From the human T2T-CHM13v2.0 reference genome, Homo sapiens: 64,000 nt of DNA. Shown one piece after another: positions 56,081-64,000 of this stretch. The DNA lies in NCBI RefSeq assembly GCF_009914755.1, contig NC_060944.1. One strand, given 5' to 3'. Numbering within the stretch: the stretch's first letter is position 1; each line of letters opens with the position of its first letter. The position numbers and the translations under genes are program-made. The notes below the pieces were generated by a model that worked only from the letters and a program-made list of their open reading frames with translations, was not told where the DNA came from and made no database searches.

Positions 56081-57359
56081 TATACAGGTGTAGTAAAGAA
56101 ATAATAGTAAATATCAATGAATGCCAATATTCCATGCCTTTCCATGTACTTTTCCAATAATCCTCCATACTCTGTGCTGTAGTTAGAGCAAGAGGTTTGT
56201 TTGTGAGCTCTTGCTAACTGGAGAGGGAAAACATTTTTTCATGACTACATCATGTGGCCCTATAAATCAGGAAGGCATCAATTTAATACAAGTTCATTAA
56301 GCATGTACTAAGTGCAAGACATCTTTCTGAGCAACAAACTGAACCTATCTCCTCACCATCGGATTTCACCTAATTGTGGTCGAACTAGTCCTTTGAAGAA
56401 CTCATTGCAAACCAGGTTAAAGAGATGATGGTTACTCAATTTAACATTTCCAGTTGGCATGGAGTCCATTCTCATTGCAACCACGTCACTACAAAGTATT
56501 TTTAAATGAAACATTTTAATTGTATTTTATCTAAATTCATATTTTATCTTATCTTATTGAAACATTTTTATGCAAAGTCTTGTTAGAACATTGTTTTTTT
56601 CGAATACTCTTCCTGGATTTTTTTTCCTTTCTCTAGGAGCGTTCTTTTTGTGCAAGTACTTAGTCATATAATAAATATTTTTGATTTGTAGTAGCCTGCA
56701 GGACATAAAATATTACCAGATTGCAAGCCCAAAGTGCCATAAAAGTTTTAAGAATTTGGAGATTATTTAGTAAATTACTGACACCTATATTGTTTGAAAC
56801 ACTTGCAAACTCAAAGTGCATATTTAAGGAGAACGTCTGCTGATGTGGAATCTCTTAGGCGCTGACCTACCGGTTGCTATGCAACCTTATCTTCAATAGA
56901 ACACCCTTTGAAATCAACAGAAATTCTGCTGATTTAAGGAGATAGGACTATGCCTCCAATAGTAATGTGTCTGCTGCAGGTACCCTACCTCTCACAGAAG
57001 GACTCCAGGACACACAGGCTGACTACAAAGTCAGGCATCCAGGCCAAGTGAATAGGTTTATTCTTCTGCTTCTAACATGTGACTGATGAGACATATTCTT
57101 TTTTAAGGGAAACGGCGTAACTACAAATTCAAGCTTTAGACCCATGGGCCTTTCAAAGTCATATTACCATAAATATCTAACCTTTATCCACGTATAGGGA
57201 GACACTGATATGATTAACAAGCTGAAATAAAGATTAGCTCTATCTTGCACAAATATATCTGCCTTTTGACAAAGCACCTCAAAAGGTTGAATATTTTAAA
57301 AACACAGAAAGATGCTTTCTGACCTCCTAACTAAAATAGCTGCTGCTTCGACATCATTG

Positions 57360-57565
57360 CTGTAACACTTCACCCTTCTTTGTGTGTGATAGTACTTATA
57401 ACTCTCAATTTTTATATTAAAGACTTGTTCATTGTCTCCCTGCGTTCCTGTCCAGGAAGATAAGGTCTCTGACAACAAAGATTTTTGTCTGCGTGTTAAT
57501 TTCTATGTCCTCAGTGCCTACCCACAATGCCTGATATAGAACAGTAAGTATTTGTTGAATAAATG
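57360..57565 (+). mobile_element. L2 3' end
   Basis: ttgtctccc..taaggtctctga..tcctcagtgcctacccacaatgcctgatata..agtatttgttgaataaatg. Confidence 0.75.
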
Positions 57566-57724
57566 ACCAAATACTCCTTTATCTTAAAGATCAGCAGGTT
57601 TAAGCTGAAAGGCAATTATAAAATAAAGCAGATAAATAAAAGAATTTATGGAACTGTTAAATATTTGAGCATATTATCTGAGATGGTGTGTGTAAGTTAT
57701 ACAGTGCCCAATAGAAAACTTCTG

Positions 57725-58046
<322 letters not shown>

Positions 58047-60235
58047 CTAGAATCTCCAGTGTCCTTATAACCTGTGGGAGGCTGATCAAAATGGGTGTTC
58101 CTTGCATCCATCATCTTTTTTAACAGAAACATTCTGTTGATAAAGCATAGTGTTTTCTTCAACTTCCCCTATCAACTCTTTGATTCTAGGAACAGCAATT
58201 CTCAGAGGTGAATTACCCTGAGACACAGAGGGTCTTCGACTGATCTTTCATGCCAGGCTGCTTCAGAAACGTCATGATTATTCATTAGGAGAAGGCATAG
58301 GAGGACAGACAGAGTCCGTGGAATAATTAGAAAATCCCCACCTTCACTAATACTTGTCCTAAAAGTGGGATCTTATGCTTTGGGTGGAGACAGTTATAAA
58401 TGCAGGTGTTCCAATCTCTTTTTGCATTCCAACGGTGAAATGGTCTCAGGTAGGACAGCGACCCTTTAGATGCTTTTGTTTTTATTAGTCTGTCTTAGAA
58501 ATAAACTTGCTGTATCTTCACCTTACACAAGACCCTTGCACATTGATTAGTTTGTCTAATATAAGACTTTAAAAACACGTAAGCTTCTTCAAAGCATTGG
58601 TAAAAAATGGTCAGCCAGAATGTCATTGGCTCTGCTTCATTTGTACTTGGAGAGTTAAGAGAGTTTATGATTTTAGTTAATAAAATGACTCTATTTTGAA
58701 ACACAAATTATCAGAGCAGAACAATTTACCCAGAAAGGGAAAATGTTTTATTATAAAACCATAACATTCTATTATTGTTTATGGTATAAAAATTAAAAGA
58801 AGGATCTTTACAGGAGGAAAAATATCTAATTTTATTAAAATATTTTATTAGAAAGTAATGTTCTATTTTAAAATTTGAGCTAGGTGCTCATGTGATATGA
58901 ATCAAATTATAATCAAACATCACATTTTTTAACTAATTGGACTCCAGGTAAATTATAAAACAATTTCAATGAAATGCAATTTCAGTGCTCTCAAGTACCT
59001 TAATAAACAGATAAGATCCTCCCTGGCCAAATTCCTTTATGTAGCAAAGCTAACTCTCTTTGAAGAGAAACAAACATAAATGTTAGTCTAGCCAAGGTCA
59101 GATTATTATGAACCTCAAATTCATGAATTATGACTAAATCTGTTTTTACAATGTATTTAAAGTTCCCATTATCTTTAAGTAAGGTTCTTAGGAGGAAAAA
59201 ATAAAATAAAACAATGTTTAGTATACTTCTCTTTCAAACTTCATCTGCCTGAGTACAAAATCCTCAAATTATACTTCCCTGCTGCGCTTAAATTACAATT
59301 TGGGGTTTAGTACATTTTGTGGCTAATATCAACATATTTATAATATTTTCACTGTCCTGCTATATGTTAGGACATATATATATTCCTATGTATATATTCT
59401 TCTAATATATTTCCCTTTAAATACATGAATCTAAGCATTATATACCGACTGTTTCAATGTTTATTACATGTGCATTAATAGAATAAACTTATCTAAATTG
59501 GGCTCTTATTTGAAAAATAGAGCAATAACAAGTGAACAGTTAAATGAATTACCCACCAAATCTTTTCTGTGATTGACCAATTAATTGCACAATTCAAGAT
59601 TGCTGCCTGGTAACCCTAGATGCATCCTCTGTGAGATTTCTGTGCAACTTGCACATTGTGAGGGGAAGCTGCATATCCAAGCTTCCCTTCCTTGTGGATT
59701 CCTTTGAAAATATGATGCTGTATAAACCCCCAGCAAACAACTATAAATCTGGTAAATGTTCACTGTGTCTGTGAAGATGGAATGATTCTCCCCAGACAAG
59801 CTTTGGAAAATAATGTATTGATTTCTGATGGCAATTCATTGTTCTTTGCAATCAACAGTGCTTACACTGTGGCCTTAAATTATGGCCCTTCCTTTTTCAC
59901 TCCTGGTCTTCGGAATGTGAAATCAGAGAGCCAGAAAGCTTCAAAGAGGTTACAGCCCAAGTATAAGGAATTTAAAGTTATTTTTAGTTGTAAAATGTCT
60001 GGTCACTCTGGTCTTTTTCAGTAGAGTCACTTTAATTGACACAGCATTAACTAAATGTTAAGAACTAAACCAAAATACCTCTGGGCCCTTTCAAAATGAA
60101 CTAAAAGCAGTTATAGTTCCTAAAATCCACTCTTCTTGCAACACTGGATACTACGGTCACCCAAGTGGAGGCTTGGATGACTTGACATTATAAATGTCTC
60201 ACAAAAGCATGTGCACTTGATTTAGGTCTGCATCC

Positions 60236-60259
60236 AGAGAGAGAGAGAGAGAGAGAGAG
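60236..60259. repeat. (AG)n microsatellite
   Basis: Directly visible. Confidence 0.9.
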
Positions 60260-61607
60260 GGCATTGTATACATTTTCTTTGCTCTGAAAGAGTCTCAAAA
60301 AATTGTTTCTGAAATCTCCTATACACCAGCCTGTGCACGCATCCACAAAGTAGAAGCCACTGTCCTCTATTACCTGAGATCGTGCAAAAGAAGAACTACT
60401 CTCCCAGATACATTTTTTTTTCTTGCAGTTTTAGGTTGGGTTTCCTAGAAACAGAGCCTCAGTCAGGGATGCAGAGAACAGTTGATTGATTGAGAAAAAT
60501 ACTAAAAGAGAAATACACATTTTTCTCCACTGGACTTAAAACCAGAATAACATAGATTAAGCATTTGTGTGTGTCCATCTTGCCATTACATAGAACCTGA
60601 GCATGTAATCAACACAGAAGAGGAGAGAGACAAGAATGGAGAGAGACCTGCCCCCTGGTATTATCCAAGTCCCTGGATCAAACCACACTAAAAACCAACT
60701 CTAATTTGGGATGTTTTCACTATATAAATGAATAACCAGACTTTTTTTTCTTCTTAGTTCAATTTGAATGGGGGATTCAATCAGAATTCTGGCAATCAGA
60801 AGAGTTTTAACCAGTGCAGACAGCAGGCAAACTTTTTGAGACTACCAGGTTAAAAATGATTGAGGAGTCTTCGAAACTTCTGTGATCCAAGACTCGCCTC
60901 CCTCCTGGAAAATTCTAGCTGTGTCCTCCAGGTGTTTTACCATAATAAGACCATATGTTCCTTTACAGATTATGGATTATTATATATTCCTGTTTATGCA
61001 TATAAATATATTGGGAAAGAGGAAAACTTTAAAAGAAATCAAACTATGAGAATCCTGTCATCAGAAGGAAAGGCACTGACAGCAAGTTAAATGATGGTAG
61101 TATTTGAGCAAAGAGAGCTGGTGGTTTTTGTAATAAATGGTTTTCAATGTGTTATACATTCTCAAATTCACCACAGTCCCCACCCATCCTAATTATCCTA
61201 CACATGGACCTTTCAACTGGGGCCAGACAGGTAACAATGTATGGTTTTTTTGATAGCCCTGATTTTAAACTTTATCTTCCCTATCAGTAAAGATGAAAGT
61301 GAATGCTTAATGTGATCTTTTATATTGATAATTGTTTATAAACAAAAACAAAAGCAAAAACAATGGTTTTGACACAAAGCTTTACCAGTCACAAAATAAT
61401 CAAATTTACTAACTCTCATAGATGTACCCAATTTTTGAAAATCAGACATTAAAGCACCATATCTGTAATCTACAGTGAGTTAAGAGAGAGATAAACTGTA
61501 TATAAGTCTCATGACAATATTCAATACTCTGGTTAGAAGTCCAGTCTTTTCTCTCCTAGGTGTCATAAGACAAGTCATTAGGTTACCGGAAATATGATTG
61601 TGACTAC

Positions 61608-62582
<975 letters not shown>

Positions 62583-64000
62583 ACTGCGTTTTTTAAAAGT
62601 GTTTTTAAAAAAGTTGGTACTCTATACAAGTTACTAACTATTAACACATTTCAAAACTGACTCCAGGATATGGGCTATCAGCATATCAGTAATATAAAGA
62701 TATCAGTAACATCAAGACTAAGAACTGCTCACTTAGAGACTTCGCGAGAGAAATTAAAGATCCTTCCTAATTTTTGAAAGAAACCAAATCAGAAACCATC
62801 CATCACTGAAAAACTTTCACTGTCCCCACCCTCCTTCTCACAATGGAATATTCTTTCTTTCTCCCTTACATTTTAAGAATATATAGTATCTCCATTCCAT
62901 CCAACTTCTGTAGAATTTGAATGTCCAGCCTATCTTGCATCTCTCCTTCATCTGAGAGAGGAAAAACTGCTTCTCCAAGCATAGATCCAAATCCTTATCT
63001 CATTGTTAGACGCCTGAGATCTTTGTCTATTATTTTCACTTTAGTGTGGTATTGGGTAGCTAAACACGCAGGCAACAAGCACATAAGCACTTTGAGATAT
63101 AACCCTACTACATGTTACTAAGAATTTTTTATAAGATTTCTAATGGCTGCACGATTTTCTATTACATGGAACAGCCATAAATTATTTAATCCTTTCCCTA
63201 TTTGGGGGCATCATTTTTAAAAAGGATTTTCCACAACCTTGAAATGAAAGTGCTGTAATTAAATATCTGTTAATAGCACTAATTATTTACTTTTAATATG
63301 TCCTTAGGCATGTAAATACTATACCAAACAACTGAAATTTTTAAGACAAATCTCATACTAGGGATATATTAGACAACAGCATATCACTTGATTTGAGTGG
63401 GCAATATAAAATATATGGAAATAATGCCATATAAGCAAGGATTGCAGTGTGCACATCTCAAGACTACTACTTTGGGATATTGTATTATTTGGTGACAAAG
63501 AGACTGTACTATAACCCTTCAAAAGTATGATAGGTTAAATGCAATGGCAGGTTGCCTAGGTGTTTGGAGGAGTGTAATTGGCAAATGTGATATCCTCCAC
63601 ATCTCCCTCTCCTCTCCAGTAAGGTATCATTCTGGCAGGGAGAAGGGGTAGAGGTGAGTACCTTCTGTTGAGAGCACAGTTTTAATAAGTCAAGAATCCA
63701 ACCTAAGAAACATCATATTTGCTGTATTTAGGGAAGATGCACAAGTCAGAGCTGTTTTTATTTCTTGCCAGTTTCATTCCAAACGTAAGCAAGTAGAATG
63801 TCTTTTCTTTTTGACAGGCATATGGAAAGCTTATGAATGCAGTAATGAGAACTCTGCATGCCCATTTGGACCCTAGGGAGTTATATAACTTCATCCTTCT
63901 TTTTTATTTCTGGTTAGAAGAACCTAGTGATGCCTTCCATTACCTCCTACACATGGCCACCTACTGCATCCTCTGAGATGTTTCCAGTGACACAGAGGCT

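Overview
Primate (most likely human) AT-rich, CpG-depleted intronic or intergenic DNA. I find no credible protein-coding exon, structural RNA gene or CpG island. The ORF track is explained by Alu, L1, LTR or microsatellite sequence, or by chance. The window is a mosaic of interspersed repeats: 15 full-length or near-full-length Alus (Sc/Sp/Sq/Sx/Sz/Y-like), a FLAM monomer and a 17-bp Alu stub, plus L1 fragments, MaLR/ERVL solo LTRs (MLT1, MSTA, MER54/74-like), DNA-transposon fossils (MER5, MER20/20B, MER58, MER63, Tigger3, a Tigger transposase relic), MIR, L2 and microsatellites. I cannot support a new biological system here. The best leads are a motif-dense, repeat-free enhancer candidate (~30.84-31.31 kb), a four-layer nest of MIR>MSTA>L1>Alu, a 46-bp orphan insert with a 15-bp duplication inside an Alu, an internal L1 ORF2 fragment without tail or TSD, an Alu sitting at an L1 deletion, a 23-bp AATAAA+A-tail micro-insertion with an 11-bp TSD, and a 97-bp hairpin. 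Repeat subfamily names come from recalled consensus sequences, not a database search, and the boundaries of old repeats are approximate.
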